A DNA stretch of 64,000 nt, taken from assembly GCA_963806035.1 (NCBI GenBank), contig CAWDWO010000014.1:10905-74904 (forward strand), read 5' to 3'. The notes beneath the pieces were generated by a model that saw nothing but the letters and a program-made list of their open reading frames with translations, searched no databases and was not told where the DNA came from. Source of the DNA: Candidatus Krumholzibacteriota bacterium (GTDB lineage Bacteria > Krumholzibacteriota > Krumholzibacteriia > JAJRXK01). This document shows positions 51,112 through 61,388 of this stretch, piece after piece; positions within the stretch are counted from its first letter, which is position 1; every line of letters begins with the position of its first letter. Both the position numbers and the translations under genes were made by a program.

Positions 51112-52518
51112 TCACGTCTCGTCGAAATTCGACAGCGGCTCATGCGCGAGCTCGGCCATGCGCGCAAGACCGCGCTCGGAGCTTTTGGCCAGTCGCGCGC
51201 GCGCAGCCCGTACTGCCGGATCATCGCGTTGCGAGGGATCCACACGGGCCGGGTTCAGAGCACAGCGGTTGGCCCAGGCTGCGATGTCCGGCTCGGCCCC
51301 GAAGCGACTGGCCGCGACGGTTCCCCGCACCTGCATCCGTGCCCAGCTGCTCGGGTCGTCAGGGAGGGTATTGGGCGGGCACAGCCGATTGCGCTCTGCG
51401 TCGTCGTCGCGCGTCGCCTCCACGTAACCGGCGAGGGCGGCGCAGAAGCACGGGAAGCCGACCCGGATGGTCTGGAGACGGATCTTGTCCGCTTGCCACA
51501 CGGGAACCAGCGGCGGGTATTGCAGTCCGGACGCAGCACAGTGTACGACGAGTGAATCCTCGGGCAAGGGAACGGAACCTCCTTCGAGCACGATTTCGCT
51601 GCTCGTCAAACGTTTGATGTGTCCCAGGCGCACGACTCTCTCGACTCGACGCAGAAGTTCGAGTTCCCACTCGCCCAAGGTCGGCGTCTTTGCCATGGTG
51701 GGCACGACCTTCGTGTCGATGCGAAGCATCACCCCGGCGGCCTCGAGGCGTAAAAACAGATCGTCGAGTGACTCCGCGGCGGCGGCCGACTCCATGGTGT
51801 CCGCTGCGAGAGCGAGACCCACCAGCGGATCAGGTTGGACGACAGCGCGATTGAGCATCCAGGGTTCGCGTGGACGCACCCATCCGATTCGATCCGGCGA
51901 GACCCCATTTTGAAGCAGCCACACGATGGCATCCGTTGCGGTCTTGCCCGAGCCGACGATCAGGTAGTTCTTCGGCGCCGCGGCCAGCCGGACGAGTTCA
52001 TTGACGGGGACCACACGAACGCCGTCGCCAACGCCGAAGGGCGGCGGAGTGGTCGCGGGAATGGTTGGAGACAGGTAGCTGGCATCGACGACTCGGCGCC
52101 GCACTTTGATGCGGACGGTCTCTCCGGTGACTCGAGAGCTCACGAGATGGGTCGGGCCCTCCGCTCGGTACTCGCTTGCGCCTAGGAAACTGACTCGACC
52201 CGTACCTATAAAGCGCCTGCGAAGAATCTCGTCGTAGTAGCTCTGGATCTCCGGCTGCCGCGCGCGCTCCTGAAGCCCAGCCTCGGGTCCGCTCTTTTGC
52301 ACGGCGCCACTTCCCAGCACGGTCGAGGCGACGCCGTAGAACAAGGAAGCCTGATGCAACTGGACGAAAGGGTAGGCATCCTCCCAGTGCCCTCCCGCTA
52401 CGTGGCGTCGATCGACGAGCGTGACGTGCACGTCCGCATGGTCGATCAGGGAGTCGGTGAAGGCCATGCCCATCGCACCGGCGCCCACGACGAGGTAGTC
52501 AGTTTCCAGTACCCGCAC
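51112..52518 (-). CDS. FAD/NAD(P)-dependent oxidoreductase
   Basis: DYLVVGAGAMGMAF, GGHW.DAYPFV.LHQ, IVGSGKTA.DA, VHCAA.GL. Confidence 0.9.
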   Translation of the reverse strand: MRVLETDYLVVGAGAMGMAFTDSLIDHADVHVTLVDRRHVAGGHWEDAYPFVQLHQASLFYGVASTVLGSGAVQKSGPEAGLQERARQPEIQSYYDEILRRRFIGTGRVSFLGASEYRAEGPTHLVSSRVTGETVRIKVRRRVVDASYLSPTIPATTPPPFGVGDGVRVVPVNELVRLAAAPKNYLIVGSGKTATDAIVWLLQNGVSPDRIGWVRPREPWMLNRAVVQPDPLVGLALAADTMESAAAAESLDDLFLRLEAAGVMLRIDTKVVPTMAKTPTLGEWELELLRRVERVVRLGHIKRLTSSEIVLEGGSVPLPEDSLVVHCAASGLQYPPLVPVWQADKIRLQTIRVGFPCFCAALAGYVEATRDDDAERNRLCPPNTLPDDPSSWARMQVRGTVAASRFGAEPDIAAWANRCALNPARVDPSQRDDPAVRAARARLAKSSERGLARMAELAHEPLSNFDET

Positions 52519-52764
52519 GATAATGGAATCGGTCTCCTACTCGATTGGCGAAACTTGCTTCGCGAGGCGCGCGGGGCTGGGGGGATTGCAGCACGCAGCC
52601 GTCCTAAGGGAAGTCTATCTGGGATTTGCGCGCTCGCGCAAGGCTTCTTGCGGGCCTACGGGAGACCTTCTAACATAAGTTATGCAGTTCCAGATTGATC
52701 GGGGGTTCGGACACTACGCGAGCACCCCCGAGCAGAATACCCAGTTGCCTAAAGAGGAATAACC

Positions 52765-53589
52765 ATGAGTAGGTGGGGAGTCTGTGTTTGTCTCCTGGCG
52801 GTACTCAACCTCGGCATCGGTTGCAAGAACAACAACGTCACCCAGCCGAACCCAACCGACGTCGTCGTATCCATCGGACCCTCGACCTTCACCCAAGGTG
52901 TCGGTCTCGTCGTCACCTTTGACGCCACCGTCACCGGAGCGTCGGACAACTCTCTCATCTGGTACGTCAACGGCGAGGCGGGAGGAGATAGTCTGACCGT
53001 CGGAAGTATCGCCGCAACGGGTCGCTATCGCGCGCCGGATGAGGTGCCCGTTCCCGCGACCGTCATCGTGAAAGCCACCAGTGTCGAGGACCCCAGAGCG
53101 GAAGATTCGGTTCAAGTCACCATTGTCTCTGGCGAAGGTACCGGACTTCCGGCCACTTATTCCACCGGACCTCAGATTCCGGAAGGTCCGATCTTCAATG
53201 GATACTGGGCGGATTGCTCCGGAACGAACCACAACCTGTATCAGGGCGTGTGCACTTCACTCGCCAATAGCCCGGTGAATTGGGCTACGGGGACGGGATG
53301 GACCGTGTCCTGGGCCGGGCAGTTGTACATACCCTATGCGGGAGATTACACCTTCAATTCAAACTACTTGGTCGATGGCATCGTTTACATCGAGGTCAAC
53401 AACGTCGTGGTGGCCGACCTGAACACGACTGGGGCGAACTACTCCAAGACCTTGACACTCCCCGGAGATACCTGGGTCCCGGTGCAGTTGAGCTTCGAGC
53501 CGAACGGCGGCGGCAACAACATGCACTTTGCATGGACCACTCCGGGAGGCGAATGGTCCCCCATCGCGAGGTCGTATCTGAAACCCTAG
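52765..53589 (+). CDS. Lipoprotein with Ig-like and PA14-like domains
   Basis: GAGGA RBS, lipobox GIGC; WYVNG..GG....G.I...G.Y.AP; VSWAGQLYIP..GDYTF...DG. Confidence 0.78.
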   Translation: MSRWGVCVCLLAVLNLGIGCKNNNVTQPNPTDVVVSIGPSTFTQGVGLVVTFDATVTGASDNSLIWYVNGEAGGDSLTVGSIAATGRYRAPDEVPVPATVIVKATSVEDPRAEDSVQVTIVSGEGTGLPATYSTGPQIPEGPIFNGYWADCSGTNHNLYQGVCTSLANSPVNWATGTGWTVSWAGQLYIPYAGDYTFNSNYLVDGIVYIEVNNVVVADLNTTGANYSKTLTLPGDTWVPVQLSFEPNGGGNNMHFAWTTPGGEWSPIARSYLKP

Positions 53590-53608
53590 ATGTGCCTCGA
53601 GTTGATCC

Positions 53609-54478
53609 TCAGCGCGTCGCTCCTATTGCCATCTTATAGGCCATCGCGGCGTCGGCAAGTGGGGTCATCGTCTCCAAGAGGATACCGTAGGTGCCTCTTC
53701 CCGAGAGTTCGTCGGCAACTTTCTTGATCAGAGCCAGGGTGGCTTTCATCAAGCCCGAACCGAGACTGACACGGGCAACCCCCAGATCCTGCAACTCGCT
53801 GATGGAAGGCGGCATACCGTCACCGATCCCGGGATTTGCCAAGATGTTGATCGGGCCATCAATTTCCCTGACCAAAGTCGCGATCGTTTCTCTCTGCCAC
53901 ACCGGTTGCACGAAGATGCAGTCGGCCCCCGCCTCCCGGTACTTGTTGCCTCGGCGTATGGATTCGGACAGCTTCTCCGCTGAAGAGGACGATGATGTAT
54001 AAAACGCATCCGTGCGCGCATTGATCACCAGGTGAAAGCCCAGGGAATCTGAGAGTGCGCGGATGGCTGATATTCGTTCACAGAATTCCATCTCATCGAT
54101 GAGTTCTGGATTCAATTCAATACTGTCTTCGATGTTCATTCCAACAATACCGCTTGCAATGACCTTTCTTACCGAATCGACTACTTCATCGGTAGTGGTT
54201 CCGTAACCAGCTTCGAAATCCGCGGTAACCGGAACCTGCACTGCATTGACGATTCCCGCGATCGTTTCAATCATCTCTGGTAGTTGAATGACCTCGCAAT
54301 CAGGGTAACCCAGCGAGGCGGCGATCCCCATGCTCGTGGTGGCCACGGCCTTGAATCCACTCGCCTCGATCAATCGGGAACTTCCCGCATCCCATGAGTT
54401 CAGCAGAACCAGGATTTCGTCGTCGTAGTGAAATTTCAGGAAGCGCTCTGCTTTATCCTTCTGACCGCTGGACACCAT
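53609..54478 (-). CDS. Isocitrate lyase/PEP mutase family protein
   Basis: NSWDAGS, ATTSMGIAASLGYPD, VTADFEAGYG, GMNIED, INARTD, AGADCIF. Confidence 0.93.
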   Translation of the reverse strand: MVSSGQKDKAERFLKFHYDDEILVLLNSWDAGSSRLIEASGFKAVATTSMGIAASLGYPDCEVIQLPEMIETIAGIVNAVQVPVTADFEAGYGTTTDEVVDSVRKVIASGIVGMNIEDSIELNPELIDEMEFCERISAIRALSDSLGFHLVINARTDAFYTSSSSSAEKLSESIRRGNKYREAGADCIFVQPVWQRETIATLVREIDGPINILANPGIGDGMPPSISELQDLGVARVSLGSGLMKATLALIKKVADELSGRGTYGILLETMTPLADAAMAYKMAIGATR

Positions 54479-54526
54479 ACTGTAGTCCTTTCTTTAGCTT
54501 CGATAGGGAGCTCGTCCGATTTCCGC

Positions 54527-54637
54527 TCAGTCCACGAACTGGGCCTTGAGCTGACCCATGCTGAGATTCGAGCGAACAGGAGTCGTCCCGCCCGCGTCAT
54601 AGGTATCGCTGAACTCGCCGCTGACGGCAATCCCCAC
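54527..54637 (-). pseudogene. Possible 3' remnant of a secreted-protein gene
   Basis: Minus frame reads VGIAVSGEFSDTYDAGGTTPVRSNLSMGQLKAQFVD*, resembling the C-terminal S-x-G-x-x-K tail. Confidence 0.35.
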
Positions 54638-54639
54638 TC

Positions 54640-54668
54640 TTGACCCCCCTCGTCGGCCGGCCTAGCAT
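54640..54668 (+). promoter_or_regulatory. Sigma70-like promoter TTGACC-17 bp-TAGCAT
   Basis: Ideal spacing; ATG 6 nt after the -10 and no SD. Confidence 0.5.
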
Positions 54669-54674
54669 CGTTCG

Positions 54675-57293
54675 ATGAACGAAGGACCTCCGGATCGACC
54701 CCGCGACGTTGACTTCACCGAGAACTCCGGCTCTAAAGACGAGGGCAAAACGCGCTTGGGTGGAGACACCATTTCTTACGGTGGACGATCCCCCGGCATC
54801 GGCTTTACGCCCAAGTCGGGCATGAAACTCGGACCCTACGTTCTCCGCGAAAACATCGGGGCCGGAGGCATGGGAGACGTATGGAGGGTTGACCAGACCT
54901 CGCCCGTCCGCCGCACCGTTGCCTTGAAGCTCATCAGAGCCGGCATGGACACCCGTGAGGTGCTGGCCCGCTTCGAGGCCGAGCGTCAGGCCCTGGCCGT
55001 GATGGACCACCCCTGCATCGCCAAGGTCTTTGACGCGGGCACCACGCCCGAGGGCCGGCCGTACTTTGCCATGGAGTACGTGGACGGGATTCCCATCACC
55101 GAGTATTGCGACGAACATCGACTGAGCATCGCCGAACGGCTGACCCTCTTCATCAGCGCATGCGAAGGGGTCCAGCATGCCCATCAGAAAGCCATCCTCC
55201 ATAGGGACCTCAAGCCCAGCAACATTCTCGTCACCGAATTTGACGGGCGCCCTTTGCCCAAGATCATCGACTTCGGCTTGGCCAAGGCCATGACCAGGAG
55301 TCTCACCGATAACACCATGTTCACGGCAATGGGCCAGCTACTGGGGACACCGGAGTACATGAGCCCGGAACAGGCTGGACCGGATAGCGCTGACATCGAC
55401 ACGCGCTCGGACGTCTACTCGCTCGGCGTGATCCTCTATGAACTGCTCGTTGGAGCTCTGCCGTTCGATTCGGACGTTTTGCGGCGGGCCGGTCTCACCG
55501 GCATCGAAAGGATCTTGCGGGAGCAAGACCCCCCACGACCCAGCACCAGGCTCGCGGGTCTCGGCGATCAATCGAAGCCGGTGGCCAAAACTCACGGCAC
55601 TGCCCCGAATCGACTGAAGGCACAACTCAAAGGGGACCTGGACTGGATCACGATGCGGTGCCTCGAAAAGGTCCGCGACCGCCGTTACGGCAGCCCGATC
55701 GAACTCGCGCAGGATATCCAGAGGCACCTCGACGACGAGCCCGTCCTCGCCGGTCCGCCGACGGCGGGCTACCGCGTGTCGAAGTTCGTGCGACGCCATC
55801 GGATCGGCGTGAGCGTGGCAACTAGCGCGGTGATCGCCTTGCTCGCCTTCGCGGTGATCGCGACGGTCCAAGCGCGCGCCATCGCCCACGCGAGGGACCG
55901 CGCCACGGCCGAGGCCGCCAAGGCCACGGCCATGAACGAGTTCCTCACCCGCACCCTGGCCTCGGCGGATCCGTGGACCGGGGGAACACGCGACGTCACG
56001 GTAGCCCAGGCTCTGGATGCTGCCGCCAAAGAAATCGAGACCACCTTCGCGGATCAGCCCGAAGTCGAAGCGTCCATGCACAAGGCCCTTGGCGAGACCT
56101 ACCTCGGTCTGGGAAAGCTCGAACCGGCGTCGGCCCAGGTCGCGCGCGCACTCGCGATTCACGCCACGATCCCCCACGACGATCCCCTGGCAACGGCATC
56201 GCTAAAAATTCTGGAGTCACGCGTCGCAAAGGCCTCCGCAGACTATGGGAAGGAAGTCGATGCCGCGGCGGCGGCGGTTCACCGGCTGGACAATGCTCCA
56301 TCGGTTTCCCTCGTCGAGCGCGTCAGCGCGCGCCAGATCCTAACTGGTGGCCTTCTCGACGCTCAGCAATTCGCAGCTGCTGACTCGGTCCTGACGGAGA
56401 CAGAGACACTCGCATCGAAGCTGGAGGGAAAGGACCGCGTCTATCTGGCCGAACTCATCTCGCAACGCGCAGATCTGTACAACTTGCGCGACGGCAACAT
56501 CGCCGCTGCGGATTCGCTTTCGCACGAGGCCTACGAACTGGCGCGCTCGATCAACCCCGACACCCCTCAACTTGCCACCTACATGAACAACGCCGCGCAG
56601 TATCGCAGCCAGAGGGGCGATTACAAGGGCGCGCTCGCCGACTTCGACCTAGCCCTCGCGCTGTACAAGAAGCGATTCGGTGAAGACCACCCCGAATATG
56701 CGACCTGCCTGGAGAATCGTGGCGGCGTGCTCTACAGCTTGGGCCAAGCTGACTCGACCCTCGCGGCACTGAAGACCGTATACGAAATCCGGGCTCGAAA
56801 TCTGGGGCCTGATCACATCGACGCCATCCGCACGCGCATCAACATCGGCACGGTGACCATGCTGGCCGGCGACGACGAAGGCGCGCTCAAAATCTATCGC
56901 GAGCTCGAACCGCGCTTGATCAAAGCCCGCGGCACCGATCACCCCGACGTCTTGTCCTTGTTGCGAAACGAGGGCATTGCGCTTCTAAAGCTCAAGCGCC
57001 CTGAAGAAGCATTAAACGTGTTCGACCGCGCTCTCGAAATCTCACGCCGTATGTATGGCGATGACCACCCTCAGACCGCAACCGCACTGGCCGAAGACGC
57101 GAGTGCTCTCATGGATCTGAGACGCTTCGACGAGGCGCGCACGCGCCTGACCACCGCCTTCGAGATCTACCTCAGCAAGATGGGCGCGGATTACCCGCGC
57201 ACCGTGGCGGCGGCCGAGTCGCTGGTCTGGATTGCACGGCACTCGGGCGATGAAAAGGCCGCGGAAAAATATCAGAAGTACGCGGGAAAGTAA
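54675..57293 (+). CDS. Hanks-type Ser/Thr kinase with TM segment and TPR repeats
   Basis: IGAGGMG.V, VALK, HRDLKPSN, DFGLA, GTPEYMSPEQ; G.DHP TPR repeats. Confidence 0.95.
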   Translation: MNEGPPDRPRDVDFTENSGSKDEGKTRLGGDTISYGGRSPGIGFTPKSGMKLGPYVLRENIGAGGMGDVWRVDQTSPVRRTVALKLIRAGMDTREVLARFEAERQALAVMDHPCIAKVFDAGTTPEGRPYFAMEYVDGIPITEYCDEHRLSIAERLTLFISACEGVQHAHQKAILHRDLKPSNILVTEFDGRPLPKIIDFGLAKAMTRSLTDNTMFTAMGQLLGTPEYMSPEQAGPDSADIDTRSDVYSLGVILYELLVGALPFDSDVLRRAGLTGIERILREQDPPRPSTRLAGLGDQSKPVAKTHGTAPNRLKAQLKGDLDWITMRCLEKVRDRRYGSPIELAQDIQRHLDDEPVLAGPPTAGYRVSKFVRRHRIGVSVATSAVIALLAFAVIATVQARAIAHARDRATAEAAKATAMNEFLTRTLASADPWTGGTRDVTVAQALDAAAKEIETTFADQPEVEASMHKALGETYLGLGKLEPASAQVARALAIHATIPHDDPLATASLKILESRVAKASADYGKEVDAAAAAVHRLDNAPSVSLVERVSARQILTGGLLDAQQFAAADSVLTETETLASKLEGKDRVYLAELISQRADLYNLRDGNIAAADSLSHEAYELARSINPDTPQLATYMNNAAQYRSQRGDYKGALADFDLALALYKKRFGEDHPEYATCLENRGGVLYSLGQADSTLAALKTVYEIRARNLGPDHIDAIRTRINIGTVTMLAGDDEGALKIYRELEPRLIKARGTDHPDVLSLLRNEGIALLKLKRPEEALNVFDRALEISRRMYGDDHPQTATALAEDASALMDLRRFDEARTRLTTAFEIYLSKMGADYPRTVAAAESLVWIARHSGDEKAAEKYQKYAGK

Positions 57294-57346
57294 GTCCGCG
57301 GGGCGACATCTACGAAGCCAAAGAAGGTGCCGACGCGCGCCAAGGG

Positions 57347-57479
57347 TGTGGACCGAAGAGTTCACACTCATGCGACACGCCATTGGCCAATCCGCTTTTT
57401 TAGCGTACTTGAGATCACACGATCTCTTACTCATATAGGTCGTCGCAGAGCAAGGCCAGTGAGGTTTCGGGGAGGGACG
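57347..57479 (-). mobile_element. 133-bp miniature element related to 18749-19017, in the opposite orientation
   Basis: Minus strand starts CGTCCCTCCCCGAAACCTC (15/19 to TGTCCCTCCTACAAACCTC) and ends GGTCCACA like the 19017 end. Confidence 0.6.
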
Positions 57480-57593
57480 GGCTGGAATCGACGGTCCGCG
57501 TGAGGTTACAATGCGAATCTCCATGCCTCGAGGGTGCACGACGGTTTGACCGCCGCCCTCGGCGGCTTGCACGCAAGCTTCGGTGGTCAAACC

Positions 57594-59579
57594 ATGCATC
57601 TACAGGCGGGCACACGTCTTGGCCCCTACGAGCTGCTCGCGCCACTCGGCGCGGGGGGGATGGGAGAAGTCTGGCGTGCGCGGGATTCACGGCTCGGACG
57701 TGAAGTCGCGGTCAAGTTCATGAGTGCGAGCCTGGCACGAGATCGTGCGGCCCGGCAGCGCTTCCAGCGTGAGGCACGTGCGGCGGCCGCGCTCTCGCAT
57801 CCCTCGATCCTCGCCGTCCACGATGTGGGCACCCTCGGGGATCGGCCTTACCTGGTCACCGAACTTCTGCGAGGCCAAGGTTTACGCGAGCGACTCCGCT
57901 CGGGCCCCTTGGATCCCGACCCGGCGATCAAACTGGGAACCTCCTTGGCCGAAGCGCTCGCCGTCGCGCATCGATCCGGAATTGTCCACCGCGATCTCAA
58001 GCCCGAGAACATCTTCATCAACGAAGCAGGAGCGCCGAAGATCCTAGACTTCGGTCTCGCGTCAGTGCAGACGGTCGACGGAGCCACGACCGTGCTGCAC
58101 ACCGCAACAGGTACGGTGGTCGGTACGGTCGGGTATATCTCCCCCGAGCAACTGCGCGGAGAACCGGCGGGACCGGCTTCGGACATTTTCGCCCTGGGAT
58201 GTGTCCTCTACGAATCACTGTCGGGAGCGCCGGCCTTTCGGGGCGATTCTGTGGCTGCCACCTTGAACGCAGTCGTCCACGAAGAGCCTCCGACGCTCGG
58301 GAATCTCCGTCCGGACCTCCCGCCTGAGCTCGTGGCACTGGTCCATCGTTGTCTGCAGAAGTCTCCCGCGGCGCGGCCGGCTGCGGACGATCTCGCTCGC
58401 AGGTTCTCCGAGTGCGGTGGATACCCTCCGCCTGCGACCACGGTTGCGGCCGCTCGCCCCCCTCTTGAGCGTCGGAGGTGGCCGTGGTTGCTTGCGGTTG
58501 CCACGCTCGCACTGGCCGTCGTGGTCTGGATCGGCCGCATGCATGCACCGGCACCGTCGATACCCGTCCCATCGGAACCAAAAGCACAGAACGATGATCC
58601 CGCTCGCGCGAATCAGCGTGGCACGACCGATGAAGAAGCGTGGCGGCTCTACCTGCGAGGTCGCTACGCCTGGGAGAAGCGTGGCGGTTTTCTGATGGAG
58701 GCCAAGGACCTCTTTCATCAAGCCTTGGAGCGTGATCCGGCTTTTGCGAAGGCCTGGCTCGGACTTGCCGATGTCTATGCCATCCTTGGTGACTACAGCG
58801 CGGAGCCGGCGTCGGAAACCTACCCGAAGGCGAAGGCTGCGGCGAAGCGCGCTCTCGCGATCGAACCTGATCTCGCAGGGGCGCACACCGATCTTGCATA
58901 CGTTGCATTCTACTACGACCGTGACTGGAACGAAGCGGAGCAAAGGTTCCAGAGCGCGCTGGCGCTGGATCCCGAGAATGCGACCACACATCAGTGGTAC
59001 GGGGAGTTTCTTGCTTCCCAGGGTCGCTTCGACGAAGCCGTCGCGCAGATGCGCAAGGCCCAGCTTCTCGATCCATTGGCACCGATGATGGTCGCCGATG
59101 AGGTCTGGGTCGAGATGATTGCCGGGCGGCCGGAGCGGGCAGTTGCACGGGCCTCGAACAGCGACCCTGACATTCGGATGTTCCCGCCGCTCCGCTCCTA
59201 TGAAGCGCTGGCCCTCGTGCGCCTCGGACGGCCGGAAGAGGCCCGGTCGATCCTCGAAGAAGTGAAGAGCACGAAGGTGAGCCCGGTGACTGAATTGTGG
59301 CTAGCTCACGCGGCCGCGGTGGCAGGTGATCAGAAGGCCGCCACGCGTACGCTCGCGCACGCCCTAAAGAGCTATGGAGATCGAAACGTGCTCGCATACT
59401 ACCGCGCCTATACGCTTCTGGATCTCGGTGCGACCGACGAGGCTCTGGCAGCCCTGCAGCTCTCAGTGCGTCGGCGCGAGGGTCAGGTGGTCTGGATGAA
59501 GGTCGATCCCAATCTCGATGCGTTGCGTCACGATCTGCGTTTCCAGCGTATCCTGCGGGAGGCCGGGTTCTCGGACTGA
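57594..59579 (+). CDS. Ser/Thr kinase with TM segment and TPR domain
   Basis: LGAGGMGEV, HRDLKPEN, DFGLA, GTVGYISPEQ; LYLRGR...DP.FA.A..GLAD TPRs; VDP.LD.LR.D.RF. Confidence 0.95.
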   Translation: MHLQAGTRLGPYELLAPLGAGGMGEVWRARDSRLGREVAVKFMSASLARDRAARQRFQREARAAAALSHPSILAVHDVGTLGDRPYLVTELLRGQGLRERLRSGPLDPDPAIKLGTSLAEALAVAHRSGIVHRDLKPENIFINEAGAPKILDFGLASVQTVDGATTVLHTATGTVVGTVGYISPEQLRGEPAGPASDIFALGCVLYESLSGAPAFRGDSVAATLNAVVHEEPPTLGNLRPDLPPELVALVHRCLQKSPAARPAADDLARRFSECGGYPPPATTVAAARPPLERRRWPWLLAVATLALAVVVWIGRMHAPAPSIPVPSEPKAQNDDPARANQRGTTDEEAWRLYLRGRYAWEKRGGFLMEAKDLFHQALERDPAFAKAWLGLADVYAILGDYSAEPASETYPKAKAAAKRALAIEPDLAGAHTDLAYVAFYYDRDWNEAEQRFQSALALDPENATTHQWYGEFLASQGRFDEAVAQMRKAQLLDPLAPMMVADEVWVEMIAGRPERAVARASNSDPDIRMFPPLRSYEALALVRLGRPEEARSILEEVKSTKVSPVTELWLAHAAAVAGDQKAATRTLAHALKSYGDRNVLAYYRAYTLLDLGATDEALAALQLSVRRREGQVVWMKVDPNLDALRHDLRFQRILREAGFSD

Positions 59580-59618
59580 CCCTATCATCTGCTCTATGTA
59601 GAGACAAGGGAGTGCGCC

Positions 59619-61342
59619 GTGGGAATCGCTGCGGATATCGCGATCATCGTTACGGTGGGATTCCTGGGCGGTGTCATCGCTCAGCGTCTCAAGCAGCCGC
59701 TGATTCTGGGCTACATCGCTGCCGGCATCGTGCTCGGACCGGTGACCGGCGGCGCCCTCATCTCCGATCCCCACGATATCGAACTTCTGGCGGAGATCGG
59801 CGTCGCCTTGCTGTTCTTCGCCCTGGGCATCGAGTTCTCCCTGAAAGAGCTGCGCCCGGTGCAGAAGGTGGCCCTGCTGGGCACCTCCATCCAGATCCTG
59901 CTGACTGTAGGCGTGACCGCGGGCGTCGGCCTCGCGCTCGGCTGGCCCTGGACCGATGCGGTCTGGTTCGGCGGCTGCGTCTCGCTGTCCAGCACCATGG
60001 TCATCCTGAAGACCCTGCAGAGTCAGGGTCGCCTCGGCGCCCTTTCCAGTAAAGTGATGGTCGGAATGCTGCTGGTGCAGGATCTGGCCGTGGTGCCCTT
60101 GCTGATCCTGCTCCCCAAGCTGACGGATCTGCGGGCAGGACTGCCGGACCTCGGCTGGGCTCTGGCACGTTCAGTGGTCTTTTTGGCAATGATGATCGTG
60201 GTGGGCACGAGAGTAATTCCCTGGCTGATGCGACTGGTCAGCCGCTGGAATTCGCGTGAGCTCTTCTTGCTGACGGTCACGGGGCTGGGACTGGGCATCG
60301 GCTACGCCACCTACAAGGTGGGACTGAGCTTCGCCTTCGGTGCCTTCGTGGCGGGCATCGTGCTCAGCGAATCGGACCATGCCCACCAGGCGTTGAGCGA
60401 CATCATTCCCCTGCGCGATATCTTCGGCCTGTTGTTCTTCGCGTCGGTGGGCATGCTACTGGAGCCGCGCTTCGTTCAGGAAAACCTGCTGCTCGTGCTC
60501 GGGTTAGCGGGCGCGGTCTCCCTGACCAAGGGTCTGGTCTGTGCGGGGGTGGGTCAGCTCTTCGGCTACCGCAATGTCATACCGCTGGCGCTGGGTCTGA
60601 CAATGTTCCAGGCCGGCGAATTCGCCTTCGTGATCGGACGGGTGGGAGTGAGCACCGGAAGCATCGGCACGGAGCTGTACGCGCTGATCATGTCCGTCAC
60701 CTTGGTCACCATGTTCCTGACGCCATTCGTGTCCCGGGCCACGGCTCCCATCTACGGCTTTGTCAAAGCGCCGCCGGAGCCGAGCCCGTGCTGACGATCG
60801 ACATCGCCCACGACGAGCTACACGACCACGTCGTGATGGCCGGCGCCGGTCACATGGGTCGCGCGGTAGCCAGGGTGTTGGGACAGCTTGGCCTTCCCTT
60901 CGTGGCCATCGAACTCGACCAACACCGCCTGGAGACCTGTCGTGCCGCTGGCCTGACTGTCATCTACGGGGACGCCAGCCATCCGTTGGTACTGGAGGCG
61001 GCGGGGCTCAGCCGGGCTTGTGTGTTGTTGATCACCACGCCCTCGCCGGTGGTCACGCTCGCCATCGCCCGCCATGCCCGGCAACTCCGGCCAGAGCTGC
61101 ACATCGTCGCCCGCGCCGAGTCGGAGGAGCTGGCAGAAGAGCTACACGAGCTGGGTGTGCACGAAGTAGTACTGCCGCAGATGGAAGCCGGGCTCGAGGT
61201 GACGCGCCAGGCCCTGCTGCACTTGCAGGTGCCAGACCAACAGATCGAGCGTTTCGCGAATGAAGTGCGACGTGAATTCTATCGTCCGCTACGGGCCGAC
61301 GCCGATGACGGCCACGTGATCGAAGCACTCCCGATGGAATGA
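59619..61342 (+). CDS. CPA2 cation:proton antiporter with TrkA-N (RCK) domain; split near 60770-60794
   Basis: LAEIGVALL.F.LG.EFS, LSST, LL.QDL, LFFASVGML, GEFAFV; then HVVMAGAGHMG, YGDA; frameshift or two overlapping genes. Confidence 0.88.
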
Positions 61343-61388
61343 ATGGGACAGGGCGGAGTACAACGACCGCCAGATTCCCGCATCCCCC

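Noticed and set aside
52668..52690. Xer dif-like site (GAACTGCATAA-C-TTATGTTAGAA on the minus strand)
   Set aside because: Arms resemble XerC/XerD boxes but the spacer is 1 bp instead of 6; more likely a regulator palindrome or chance
52697..52731. Further IS-end-like sequence
   Set aside because: No convincing partner end; equally explained as a TCGGGGG...CCCCCGA hairpin
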